64,000 nt of DNA from a virus. A model generated the notes under the pieces. The model saw nothing but the letters and a program-made list of their open reading frames with translations. It was not told where the DNA came from and did no database searches. Every line of letters starts with the position of its first letter. Positions within the stretch are counted from its first letter, which is position 1. The translations under genes and the position numbers were made by a program. The stretch lies in the UHGV virus genome UHGV-1430452, one strand, 5' to 3'. This document shows positions 15,673 through 22,082 of this stretch, piece by piece.

Positions 15673-15709
15673 TACCGGTTTCGCTATATCAAAATATCAT
15701 CGTTTATCG

Positions 15710-16165
15710 TCACCCGTGTATGGGTAAATCCATTTTGATTTTGTCAGGATTCATAATGAGGATACTATCGCAGTCCCAGCCATACAGATCCCAATATAAC
15801 TGATGATCAGCTGATAAATTTAACTCGATGGCATCATAGCCAAGTTCAATGCATTTCTCGAAATCTATCAGTGTACTTATTGATTTCCATACCGGGTCAG
15901 CAATTGTTGGAAGTTCCTTTAATTTTTCTACGGAATCTATAACGAATATATTGGCTTCCGGAAGAGTGAATATGAAACTATTTTCTTCAATACATTCACG
16001 AAAATTTTCTCTTTCACACCAGTCTTTCCAACCTAATTTGGCATCTATCGGACTAGCCCAAAGACCTCCTCTAGGTTTAACCCAGCATTGCTCATTTTGA
16101 ATAGGTTTAAATAAGTTTGGATTAAAAGTTGCATGTCCGTAATGAATATAAATCTTGTCTTGCAT
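15710..16165 (-). CDS. Hypothetical protein (151 aa; a GTG at 16198 is an alternative start)
   Basis: ORF track 15710..16198. The ATG at 16165 has GAAAGGA 7 nt upstream. Confidence 0.6.
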   Translation of the reverse strand: MQDKIYIHYGHATFNPNLFKPIQNEQCWVKPRGGLWASPIDAKLGWKDWCERENFRECIEENSFIFTLPEANIFVIDSVEKLKELPTIADPVWKSISTLIDFEKCIELGYDAIELNLSADHQLYWDLYGWDCDSILIMNPDKIKMDLPIHG

Positions 16166-16203
16166 ATTACTATCCTTTCGTTCAAAAACATATGTCACTT
16201 AGT

Positions 16204-16238
16204 AACAAAAAGAAAAGAGGCCCCTATTTCAGGACCTC
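16204..16238 (-). terminator. Intrinsic terminator overlapping the stop of 16224..16427
   Basis: Minus strand GAGGTCC-tgaaata-GGGGCCTC then TTTTCTTTTTGTT. Confidence 0.6.
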
Positions 16239-16427
16239 AAATTTCTCTTTTTTATTTTTCTTGATTTTATTCTCAACGGATTCTTTCCATTGATTCGCTT
16301 TAGTTGCCACTGCCTGTCTGACTTCTGGAATAGCAAGTGCCGAACCGACAACCGTTACTGCCGGCACAACAATCTGTCCAATCCAAAGTCTTACTTCTCT
16401 CATAGCATCAATATTTTTGCGTTTCAT
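16224..16427 (-). CDS. Mini-protein with hydrophobic helix + Lys-rich tail (67 aa)
   Basis: ORF track; AAAGGAGGATAAAAC SD; box copy 7 upstream and a terminator downstream. Confidence 0.6.
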   Translation of the reverse strand: MKRKNIDAMREVRLWIGQIVVPAVTVVGSALAIPEVRQAVATKANQWKESVENKIKKNKKEKFEVLK

Positions 16428-16459
16428 AGTTTTATCCTCCTTTAAAAATATAATCTTTT

Positions 16460-16485
16460 CATTAAAGGCGTTGTTTATTTAGCGA
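16460..16485 (-). promoter_or_regulatory. Early-box copy 7 (AGCGA variant)
   Basis: Plus strand CATTAAAGGCGTTGTTTATTTAGCGA. It overlaps the stop of 16479..16661. Confidence 0.5.
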
Positions 16486-16661
16486 GTGTAATGGATATGC
16501 TCATTGTTTAATTCGTCGAGATGTTTAATAAAATCTAAATATCTTTTATTTCGTCTATTCTCCACAAAGTTTATAACTAACCAAGCAATCCCTACGATAG
16601 GCAAGCCAACGAATACTAATAGAAATAGTAAGCATGTAATCATAGAAACAAGCGTATTCAT
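16479..16661 (-). CDS. Small membrane protein (60 aa from the SD-supported start)
   Basis: ORF track 16479..16694. The ATG at 16661 has GAAAGGAG upstream. TM segment LLFLLVFVGLPIVGIAWLVI. Confidence 0.55.
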   Translation of the reverse strand: MNTLVSMITCLLFLLVFVGLPIVGIAWLVINFVENRRNKRYLDFIKHLDELNNEHIHYTR

Positions 16662-16674
16662 AAATCTTCTCCTT

Positions 16675-17442
16675 TCAATACTCTTCGTAATCAATGAACG
16701 GCTCTGTGAAATCTACAATATAACATTCAATACCGTCGTCCATTTCTACTTTTGTATGGTGGAAATATAGCCAACCATCCCAGTACATTTCATACATCTG
16801 AGCTGCGGACCAACCCATAAATTCACCGTAATCCTGTCGATCAATCTCTAGTAAATCGTAATAATCGTTTAAAGATGCACCACCGGATTGAGATAGCATT
16901 TTATTAATCTCATACTCTGCTCTCAATTGAGTTTCTTTCGTCACACGGTAATAACGTTTGGAATATTCATCGTAGAATAGTGTTTTGCCATCCTCGTATT
17001 CGTCGTCATATTCTTCTTTGTCTTCTTCCTCGTAATGGTCTTTTGCTACAGCAGCACGAATGAGTTTGTCTCCGTCTTCACCATATAACTTTTTAACTTT
17101 GTTTTTGTACTCTTTGTGAGTTTGGTCTAGTAAGGCATAAGCAGATGCGATGGCTGCTTGGGAATGTTTGTTTAATAGATTCGCGCCAAATATGCAAGCT
17201 AGGGTTCCTGTTCCAATCAATAAGGAAGGAATATATGTTGGTCCTGCTACTCGAATAGTCTCCCATTTTGTTAATTCATCTCCTTTCTCTTCTTCAGCTA
17301 GTTCAATAAGTTCCATTGCTTTCGGAGTAGCTTTAACCGCCATTACAGCTGTACCTACCACTCCGGCAGCTCCTAATACTGTTAATATAGTAGAGCTGTT
17401 TTTCTTTACGAATCTTTTCGAAACTGTTAGTAAGTCATTCAT
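16675..17442 (-). CDS. Two-TM membrane protein, paralogue 3 of 3 (DUF6353-like)
   Basis: ORF track 16675..17451; ATG at 17442 preferred over the GTG. It shares VKATPKAMELIE with paralogue 2. Confidence 0.6.
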   Translation of the reverse strand: MNDLLTVSKRFVKKNSSTILTVLGAAGVVGTAVMAVKATPKAMELIELAEEEKGDELTKWETIRVAGPTYIPSLLIGTGTLACIFGANLLNKHSQAAIASAYALLDQTHKEYKNKVKKLYGEDGDKLIRAAVAKDHYEEEDKEEYDDEYEDGKTLFYDEYSKRYYRVTKETQLRAEYEINKMLSQSGGASLNDYYDLLEIDRQDYGEFMGWSAAQMYEMYWDGWLYFHHTKVEMDDGIECYIVDFTEPFIDYEEY

Positions 17443-17472
17443 TTCCAGCACGCTCCTTGGCGATAAATTTGG

Positions 17473-17528
17473 TAAAAATAAAAAGAGAAAGAAAAGAGTC
17501 AGCTTGTTGTGTAAACCAAGTCTAACTC
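17473..17528 (-). terminator. Terminator-like hairpin + long U-rich run located downstream of box copy 8, in the leader of paralogue 3
   Basis: Minus strand GAGTTAGACTTG-gtttacacaa-CAAGCTGACTC then TTTTCTTTCTCTTTTTATTTTT. Confidence 0.45.
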
Positions 17529-17563
17529 AATTCTTTTTGTCATTATCCGAAATAACAATATCC

Positions 17564-17590
17564 CATAACAGGTGATGTAATTTTCGCGAA
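17564..17590 (-). promoter_or_regulatory. Early-box copy 8 (followed by a terminator-like hairpin)
   Basis: Plus strand CATAACAGGTGATGTAATTTTCGCGAA. Confidence 0.55.
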
Positions 17591-17593
17591 TCC

Positions 17594-17815
17594 CTACTGC
17601 TCAAAAAATAAAACTACATCTACCGGATCTTTGAAGTGCTGCTCCTCCACTACTTCTTTAAATTCTTCAAATGATTCCGGTTCGTATTCTTGTAAATATA
17701 AAATCTGTTCAAGCAATCTTCCGTAAAATCCTTGAGAATTAGATAGCATTTTTACCACACCAATGACTTGTTCAACATCATAACCGTCTGCTTTCTTTTC
17801 CATAGCGTTTGCCAT
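17594..17815 (-). CDS. Hypothetical acidic protein (73 aa from the SD-supported start)
   Basis: ORF track 17594..17824. The ATG at 17815 sits in the recurrent GGAG..TTCAAAATG context. It is preceded by a ~170-nt GC-rich leader. Confidence 0.6.
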   Translation of the reverse strand: MANAMEKKADGYDVEQVIGVVKMLSNSQGFYGRLLEQILYLQEYEPESFEEFKEVVEEQHFKDPVDVVLFFEQ

Positions 17816-17993
17816 TTTGAACACTCCTTTAATTGGTTTTTGATAAAAATAAAAAGAGAATACAATGACTTCAGGGTCGGCCCAACGAAAACCGTTGCCC
17901 GGTGGGTAGCATGTTTTATTACGTTATTACGTGCCGCTACGCCTTCGTGTCTCACCACTGGATTTCCACCAGTATCTATCCATTGCTTTCTCT
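17816..17993 (-). ncRNA. Candidate structured 5' leader / cis-regulatory RNA (class unknown)
   Basis: This ~170-nt gap between box copy 9 and the start at 17815 is visibly GC-richer than its surroundings. Several helices can be drawn: CUGG/CCAG, GUAGC/GCUAC with GUGG/CCAC, ACGU/ACGU and CAACG/CGUUG. Confidence 0.35.
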
Positions 17994-18020
17994 CATAATA
18001 GGTGATGTAATTTTCGCGAA
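17994..18020 (-). promoter_or_regulatory. Early-box copy 9 (consensus copy; followed by the GC-rich leader)
   Basis: Plus strand CATAATAGGTGATGTAATTTTCGCGAA. Confidence 0.6.
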
Positions 18021-18047
18021 TAGAAAAAGAAAATGCCTAGTTTTTAA

Positions 18048-18311
18048 CTAGACAAATTCTTTAATAATTATTGTTCCACCAACTACATCGATTTTTATTT
18101 TATTCATCGCTTTCAACATACTAGCCACTTTTTGCACTGGTAACTTACTTGTGAAACCATAGAACACCAAGTCGCCCATGGTATATACATGCCCTACTGA
18201 ATACTTAACTTCAATATCGGCTGTATATTTGCCAAGGCAATCCATTGCTCCTAAATTTTTCACAACTTCGTTTTTATTCGCGCATAAAGTAATTTCATAT
18301 TTAGTAAACAT
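18048..18311 (-). CDS. Hypothetical protein (87 aa)
   Basis: ORF track; TAAGGAGGAAT SD; box copy 10 upstream. Confidence 0.6.
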   Translation of the reverse strand: MFTKYEITLCANKNEVVKNLGAMDCLGKYTADIEVKYSVGHVYTMGDLVFYGFTSKLPVQKVASMLKAMNKIKIDVVGGTIIIKEFV

Positions 18312-18346
18312 ATAAATTCCTCCTTATTCGATTTCATTGTTTTTCT

Positions 18347-18373
18347 CATAATAGGTGATGTAATTTTCGCGAA
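18347..18373 (-). promoter_or_regulatory. Early-box copy 10 (identical to copy 9)
   Basis: Plus strand CATAATAGGTGATGTAATTTTCGCGAA. Confidence 0.6.
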
Positions 18374-18410
18374 AACAAAAGAGAAAGGGCCCATGTTACT
18401 GAGCCACTTT
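18371..18410 (-). terminator. Intrinsic terminator after 18396..18536
   Basis: Minus strand GAAAGTGGC...GCCCTTTC then TCTTTTGTTTTC. Confidence 0.5.
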
Positions 18411-18536
18411 CGCTTTCTTATGATTTTTAACTGCTTTCTTAGAAACCTCTACTGCTTTATTCACTGCATCACTTGCCAAACTACCGACTACCAATCCGCC
18501 AGCAATCTCAATAATGTGTCTAACTAAAACATTCAT
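18396..18536 (-). CDS. Mini-protein (46 aa, MNVLVRHIIEIAGGLVVGSLASDAVNKAVEVSKKAVKNHKKAKVAQ), below the ORF-track cutoff
   Basis: Hand translation; AGGAGGAATC SD; box copy 11 upstream and a terminator overlapping the stop. Confidence 0.55.
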   Translation of the reverse strand: MNVLVRHIIEIAGGLVVGSLASDAVNKAVEVSKKAVKNHKKAKVAQ

Positions 18537-18572
18537 TTTAGATTCCTCCTGTTAAGCAATTTATTATCTTTC

Positions 18573-18599
18573 CATAATAGGACTTGTAATTTTCGCGAA
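18573..18599 (-). promoter_or_regulatory. Early-box copy 11
   Basis: Plus strand CATAATAGGACTTGTAATTTTCGCGAA. Confidence 0.6.
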
Positions 18600-18630
18600 T
18601 TAAAAGAAAAGACACCGTGTTTCAGGTGCC
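18600..18630 (-). terminator. Intrinsic terminator after 18630..18857
   Basis: Minus strand GGCACC-tgaaacac-GGTGTC then TTTTCTTTTAATT. Confidence 0.55.
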
Positions 18631-18857
18631 TAATCCTCTGAATCAACCATTTGTTCAATTTTCAGTAATACTTTCTGATCAATTTCTCCATCCGCATTGA
18701 TATGAAATCGTATTTTACCATCCTTCATCTCAGCTTCTATCTCACTAATACGGATGTCTGGTTTGACTCCAATATTTTTGTATATAGCTCTAGATATAAG
18801 TTTGGCTACCATACCTCTCATAAATCTAGTAGATAATTTAATTTTCATTTCGTCCAT
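18630..18857 (-). CDS. Hypothetical protein (75 aa)
   Basis: ORF track; GGAGGAGGTAATT SD; box copy 12 upstream and a terminator downstream. Confidence 0.6.
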   Translation of the reverse strand: MDEMKIKLSTRFMRGMVAKLISRAIYKNIGVKPDIRISEIEAEMKDGKIRFHINADGEIDQKVLLKIEQMVDSED

Positions 18858-18884
18858 AATTACCTCCTCCTTCTAGGTTGTTTC

Positions 18885-18912
18885 CTATAATAGGGGAAGT
18901 TTAAGTCGCGAA
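18885..18912 (-). promoter_or_regulatory. Early-box copy 12
   Basis: Plus strand CTATAATAGGGGAAGTTTAAGTCGCGAA. Confidence 0.55.
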
Positions 18913-18944
18913 AACAAAAGAAAGAGCAGTGGGTGACACCGCTC
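18911..18944 (-). terminator. Intrinsic terminator after 18944..19051
   Basis: Minus strand GAGCGGTG-tcacc-CACTGCTC then TTTCTTTTGTTTT. Confidence 0.6.
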
Positions 18945-19051
18945 TAACTGTTTCTCAAAAATCGAATGAGAATCCATACAAGCCATAATCCTCCGGTTGC
19001 AAATACTAATACAAAGTCGATAAGCAATCCGAATAATCCACGCTTTTTCAT
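18944..19051 (-). CDS. Mini membrane protein (35 aa, MKKRGLFGLLIDFVLVFATGGLWLVWILIRFLRNS)
   Basis: Hand translation; AAAGGAGAAGATAATC SD. I prefer it over the overlapping 61-aa ORF-track frame (18885..19070), whose ATG lies inside the SD. Confidence 0.5.
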   Translation of the reverse strand: MKKRGLFGLLIDFVLVFATGGLWLVWILIRFLRNS

Positions 19052-19078
19052 GATTATCTTCTCCTTTCATTTTCTTTT

Positions 19079-19103
19079 CACAATAGGAGAAGTTTTTATC
19101 GCG
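19079..19103 (-). promoter_or_regulatory. Early-box copy 13
   Basis: Plus strand CACAATAGGAGAAGTTTTTATCGCG. Confidence 0.5.
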
Positions 19104-19123
19104 TGCATTATCAGTTCCTTCAA

Positions 19124-19156
19124 ATACAAAATAAAAGAGACCAATCGGCCTCTCTT
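19124..19156 (-). terminator. Intrinsic terminator after 19155..19304
   Basis: Minus strand AGAGAGGCC-gatt-GGTCTCT then TTTATTTTGTATTT. Confidence 0.55.
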
Positions 19157-19304
19157 ACATGTTTCGTTTAGAAAGTTCTTCTGCTACCTTCTTTGCAATC
19201 TTTTCATCCAATAACTTATCTGTACTTTGTTTCCCTGCGAATGTTAATCCCGCACTAACAATAGCTGTTATAAGCTTTGCAATTCTAATTACTTTTGGTG
19301 ACAT
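19155..19304 (-). CDS. Mini-protein (49 aa, MSPKVIRIAKLITAIVSAGLTFAGK + Lys/Glu tail), below the ORF-track cutoff
   Basis: Hand translation; GAAAGGAGGTATATTT SD; box copy 14 upstream and a terminator downstream. Confidence 0.55.
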   Translation of the reverse strand: MSPKVIRIAKLITAIVSAGLTFAGKQSTDKLLDEKIAKKVAEELSKRNM

Positions 19305-19319
19305 AAATATACCTCCTTT

Positions 19320-19347
19320 CTATAATAGAAGAGGTTTAAATCGCGCG
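19320..19347 (-). promoter_or_regulatory. Early-box copy 14
   Basis: Plus strand CTATAATAGAAGAGGTTTAAATCGCGCG. It overlaps the stop of 19336..19695. Confidence 0.5.
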
Positions 19348-19695
19348 TCTATCGAAGCAAGTTTCCCATCGTTCTCGCTTAACTGGCTTCATTTTCATAG
19401 TCCACATCATTTGTCGGACCGTTACGGTGGGATATAAACCGTTCTCAGGTTCTCCCGATCTATCCTCGAAGAACTCCAGGAATCTTTCATGTAAATATAA
19501 AGTGTCTGTCAGCCACGGATCAATCTCGCCCCACCAGGTATTTTTCGTCGCTGGATCATATCGCTGCTGAATAACAGCTAGTCCTTTTCGTCCCATTTTG
19601 AATAAAGTACATTTACTGTAAACTGGATGATCACATTCATAAGTTTCTCCGTACATCGATACATAAACTTTTGGCTTTTCGTAGTGATAACGCAT
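19336..19695 (-). CDS. Hypothetical protein (119 aa)
   Basis: ORF track; AAAGGATAATAGTAAT SD-like region; box copy 15 upstream. Confidence 0.6.
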   Translation of the reverse strand: MRYHYEKPKVYVSMYGETYECDHPVYSKCTLFKMGRKGLAVIQQRYDPATKNTWWGEIDPWLTDTLYLHERFLEFFEDRSGEPENGLYPTVTVRQMMWTMKMKPVKRERWETCFDRRAI

Positions 19696-19723
19696 ATTAC
19701 TATTATCCTTTCTTTAACTTTAG

Positions 19724-19751
19724 TTATATAACTTTTGTTTAAACTCTCGCG
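19724..19751 (-). promoter_or_regulatory. Early-box copy 15 (divergent)
   Basis: Plus strand TTATATAACTTTTGTTTAAACTCTCGCG; between the tRNA-like element and 19336..19695. Confidence 0.4.
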
Positions 19752-19791
19752 TTAGGAAATATAAAAGAAGAAAAAAAAAGAAAAGACTATG

Positions 19792-19868
19792 GGAATAGCG
19801 CGGGATTCGAACCCACGACGTTGAGTTTCCTCTTATTCTTCCATTAGAACTAACCGTCTTAACTATTC
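19792..19868 (-). tRNA. tRNA-like element with canonical acceptor + T arm but a non-canonical body (77 nt; isotype undetermined, possibly a pseudo-tRNA)
   Basis: Acceptor GAATAGT/GCTATTC; T arm GTGGG-TTCGAAT-CCCGC. The 45-nt interior cannot be folded into D + anticodon arms. It pairs instead as GACGGTTAGTT/AACTCAACGTC around a purine-rich 20-nt loop. Confidence 0.5.
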
Positions 19869-19917
19869 CAGAGACTTCTTCCGATATATTGCTATACGGG
19901 AATTGTTCTCTTCTTTT

Positions 19918-19945
19918 CTATAATAGGAAATGTTTATTTAGCGAA
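19918..19945 (-). promoter_or_regulatory. Early-box copy 16 (upstream of the tRNA-like element, ~45-nt leader)
   Basis: Plus strand CTATAATAGGAAATGTTTATTTAGCGAA. Confidence 0.5.
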
Positions 19946-19977
19946 AGAAAATAGCCCAGGCGTTTAACCCGAGCTAA
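19944..19977 (-). terminator. Intrinsic terminator after 19989..20357
   Basis: Minus strand TAGCTCGGG-ttaaacg-CCTGGGCTA then TTTTCTTTC. Confidence 0.6.
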
Positions 19978-19988
19978 TTCTCTTAAAC

Positions 19989-20357
19989 TTATTCGTTACC
20001 ATTGAGTTTCTCAATAGCTTCAACCTTCCTGCTGTCAAACATCGTAGAATTTACAATACTCATCACAGCTTTGTAATATGTTTTCGGCTGATCCTTCTTG
20101 AGCAACTCTATCGCCTGAACTTTACGACTATCAAACATGCTGCTGTTCATTATCGAAGCTACCGCACTGTCATAATCTGCTGTGCTAAATATATCCGCTA
20201 ATAAATCAACTTCATATGTGTCCTGTTTTCGTTTCTTTTCACGCAATACAACTGCCACAATTGGAATCGCAATACCAATCCCATTTGCTACATATTCTGT
20301 GATTTTCCATAAACTCTCTTTTGTTTTCTCGCTAGTTAAAACTTCTTTGATTTTCAT
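19989..20357 (-). CDS. N-terminally anchored protein with an internal duplication (122 aa)
   Basis: ORF track; repeat SIMNSSMFDSRKVQAIELL / SIVNSTMFDSRKVEAIEKL; box copy 17 upstream. Confidence 0.6.
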   Translation of the reverse strand: MKIKEVLTSEKTKESLWKITEYVANGIGIAIPIVAVVLREKKRKQDTYEVDLLADIFSTADYDSAVASIMNSSMFDSRKVQAIELLKKDQPKTYYKAVMSIVNSTMFDSRKVEAIEKLNGNE

Positions 20358-20384
20358 ATCAATAACCTCCTATAAGTTTATTCT

Positions 20385-20411
20385 CATAACAGGCGTTGTA
20401 ATAATAGCGAA
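20385..20411 (-). promoter_or_regulatory. Early-box copy 17
   Basis: Plus strand CATAACAGGCGTTGTAATAATAGCGAA. Confidence 0.5.
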
Positions 20412-20447
20412 AAAGAAGAGCCTAAGTCATTTCGACTCAAGCCCTTC
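20409..20447 (-). terminator. Intrinsic terminator after 20458..20841
   Basis: Minus strand GAAGGGCTTGAGTC-gaaat-GACTTAGGCTCTTC then TTTTTCGC. Confidence 0.65.
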
Positions 20448-20457
20448 CATTTTGAAA

Positions 20458-20841
20458 TTACTTTTTTGGGAGTAACTTCTGAATGAATCCTCGACCCATT
20501 ATTGTTGTGATGGTTCCAGTCTCTTCGAATTTGATAGACTTGATTGTGCCCCAGATAGTAACCGCTGTCGGTATAACAATACCCGCTCCTGTTAAGCAAT
20601 TCTTAACAACTCGATCTTTTCGTTCATCTTTAAGCTGCTCTGCTCTTAATTCAGCATCAACATTTTGCTGATCCTTTTTAAGTTCTTGTTCAGCCTTAAT
20701 TTTCTCAAGTTCGATTGCTCGATCACATAACTTTGTCAGGCCGTCTACCGTATTTTTGTACTTATCTGTACCTACTTCAAGTTTTCCTAACTCTTCGAAT
20801 TCGTCCTGAATCTCATCTTTTAATAATGTTTCAATACTCAT
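20458..20841 (-). CDS. Coiled-coil protein with C-terminal TM segment (127 aa from the SD-supported start)
   Basis: ORF track 20458..20871. The ATG at 20841 follows AAGGAGGAGTTCAAA. The ATG at 20871 is the ATG of box copy 18. Confidence 0.6.
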   Translation of the reverse strand: MSIETLLKDEIQDEFEELGKLEVGTDKYKNTVDGLTKLCDRAIELEKIKAEQELKKDQQNVDAELRAEQLKDERKDRVVKNCLTGAGIVIPTAVTIWGTIKSIKFEETGTITTIMGRGFIQKLLPKK

Positions 20842-20868
20842 TTTGAACTCCTCCTTATATTCGTATTT

Positions 20869-20894
20869 CATAATAGGGAATGTTATTTTTGCGA
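20869..20894 (-). promoter_or_regulatory. Early-box copy 18
   Basis: Plus strand CATAATAGGGAATGTTATTTTTGCGA. It overlaps the stop of 20883..21092. Confidence 0.5.
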
Positions 20895-21092
20895 CAGATC
20901 TACTCTAAGCATTACGTGTTTATCTTTTCGTAGCTTATATGCCTTACCACTATCTATTTCTAAAAATAAATACGGTGCTGAGTCTGGATCTGAGCTGTCT
21001 ACTTTCAGTGTGCCGATTGGCTTTTTTACTAAGAGTGTCGTTGCCACAACTGCACCTATCAGCATACCTACTAATAAAAATAAAAGTTCCAC
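20883..21092 (-). CDS. Small N-terminally anchored protein (69 aa, GTG start)
   Basis: ORF track 20883..21158. The GTG at 21092 has AGGAGGA 6 nt upstream. The GTG at 21158 has no SD. Confidence 0.5.
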   Translation of the reverse strand: MELLFLLVGMLIGAVVATTLLVKKPIGTLKVDSSDPDSAPYLFLEIDSGKAYKLRKDKHVMLRVDLSQK

Positions 21093-21113
21093 TACGCTAC
21101 TTCCTCCTTTCTT

Positions 21114-21136
21114 CAATAGAATTGTTTTATCGAAAA
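21114..21136 (-). promoter_or_regulatory. Early-box copy 19 (degenerate, TCGA instead of TCGCGA)
   Basis: Plus strand CAATAGAATTGTTTTATCGAAAA. Confidence 0.3.
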
Positions 21137-21235
21137 CTCCCTCCCGGGAAATTTTCACTTTAGAATTTTAATATTGTTTCCTGTCACCTATGTACGGAAT
21201 ATCTATTCTAGATTAGAGTTTGTTTTAATCTAGGT

Positions 21236-21262
21236 TAAAGAAAAAAGAGAGCCTAAGCCCTC
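21236..21262 (-). terminator. Intrinsic terminator overlapping the stop of 21253..21489
   Basis: Minus strand GAGGGC-ttag-GCTCTC then TTTTTTCTTT. Confidence 0.5.
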
Positions 21263-21489
21263 TTATCTGTCATAAAACTTGGTAACTGAAGTTCTGGTTT
21301 ATAAGTCATTAACTCTGCTTCATATAGCCTCATGATAATAGCTATCTCATCTTCATGAATACTTTTTATCAACTTAAAGACTTTATCATAATCAACATCT
21401 GATTTATTCTTCATTTGACAAATATAATCCACGAGTCTGGTATACTTATCATCCGCAGTTCCTATCATTGCCGCAAATTTAACTTCCAT
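21253..21489 (-). CDS. Hypothetical protein (78 aa)
   Basis: ORF track; TAAGGAGGATAAATT SD; box copy 20 upstream and a terminator downstream. Confidence 0.6.
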   Translation of the reverse strand: MEVKFAAMIGTADDKYTRLVDYICQMKNKSDVDYDKVFKLIKSIHEDEIAIIMRLYEAELMTYKPELQLPSFMTDKRA

Positions 21490-21523
21490 AATTTATCCTC
21501 CTTAAATTTAAAGTTTTATGTTT

Positions 21524-21551
21524 CTATAAAGTAGTATGTATTTTTGGCGAA
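21524..21551 (-). promoter_or_regulatory. Early-box copy 20 (GGCGAA variant)
   Basis: Plus strand CTATAAAGTAGTATGTATTTTTGGCGAA. Confidence 0.45.
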
Positions 21552-21585
21552 AAAGAAAAGAAGAGACCGATTAGGCCTCCTCTTT
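21549..21585 (-). terminator. Intrinsic terminator after 21571..21771
   Basis: Minus strand AGAGGAGGCC-taatc-GGTCTCTTCT then TTTCTTTTTC. Confidence 0.6.
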
Positions 21586-21771
21586 AAATAACTCAGGGTA
21601 TTTCTCCATCAGTTCTTTTCTGTCTCGTTCAATGTCTTTTTCTATATGCTCGATTTCTGCTTCCAATTTACCTGTGCTTTTACCTAAACGGTAACCCAGA
21701 TAAGATCCTACAGCATAAACCAATCCGGCATATAAACCAAAACCTAAACCAGCTTTTAAATTAGCTTTCAT
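21571..21771 (-). CDS. Mini-protein, Gly-rich hydrophobic helix + charged coiled tail (66 aa; YtxH-like appearance)
   Basis: ORF track; TAGGAGTGATC SD; box copy 21 upstream and a terminator downstream. Confidence 0.6.
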   Translation of the reverse strand: MKANLKAGLGFGLYAGLVYAVGSYLGYRLGKSTGKLEAEIEHIEKDIERDRKELMEKYPELFKEEA

Positions 21772-21797
21772 GATAGATCACTCCTATAATTTATTCT

Positions 21798-21823
21798 CAT
21801 AATAGGCGTTGTTTTAGTCGCGA
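21798..21823 (-). promoter_or_regulatory. Early-box copy 21
   Basis: Plus strand CATAATAGGCGTTGTTTTAGTCGCGA. The TCGCGA lies in the last codons of 21814..22002. Confidence 0.55.
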
Positions 21824-22002
21824 TCATCAAACGGTACTTCTATGTTTTCAATCTCGTCAGAAATAATCTCCCCGTCACCGATAAGTAGTTCTCTTTTGTT
21901 TATTTGATTAACGCTAGTTCGATATATACCCTCAGCTACTGCTAGTCCGATAAATGTACTTACTCCCCAAAGAATTCCTTTGATTAATTTATTAGTATCC
22001 AT
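21814..22002 (-). CDS. Small membrane-anchored acidic protein (62 aa from the SD-supported start)
   Basis: ORF track 21814..22062. The ATG at 22002 follows GAGAGGAAAATTCAAA. The longer frame would run through the upstream terminator hairpin. Confidence 0.55.
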   Translation of the reverse strand: MDTNKLIKGILWGVSTFIGLAVAEGIYRTSVNQINKRELLIGDGEIISDEIENIEVPFDDRD

Positions 22003-22037
22003 TTTGAATTTTCCTCTCATGATATATTCTCTATTGG

Positions 22038-22070
22038 AAATCAAAAGGAAGAGTATCTGCATAGATACCC
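22038..22070 (-). terminator. Intrinsic terminator after 22083..22298
   Basis: Minus strand GGGTATCT-atgc-AGATACTC then TTCCTTTTGATTT. Confidence 0.55.
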
Positions 22071-22082
22071 GCCTTTTTGTTT

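Noticed and set aside
17752-17958. 68-aa ORF covering the GC-rich leader
   Set aside because: It has a GTG start with no SD. It overlaps the downstream SD-supported gene out of frame, and its sequence is not protein-like. The region is better explained as structured RNA.
21159-21252. Perfect 8-bp inverted repeat CTAGATTA...TAATCTAG (about 21211..21235) upstream of 20883..21092
   Set aside because: It is a short AT-rich hairpin next to a terminator. It has no second copy and no associated box, so there is not enough evidence to call it a regulatory site.
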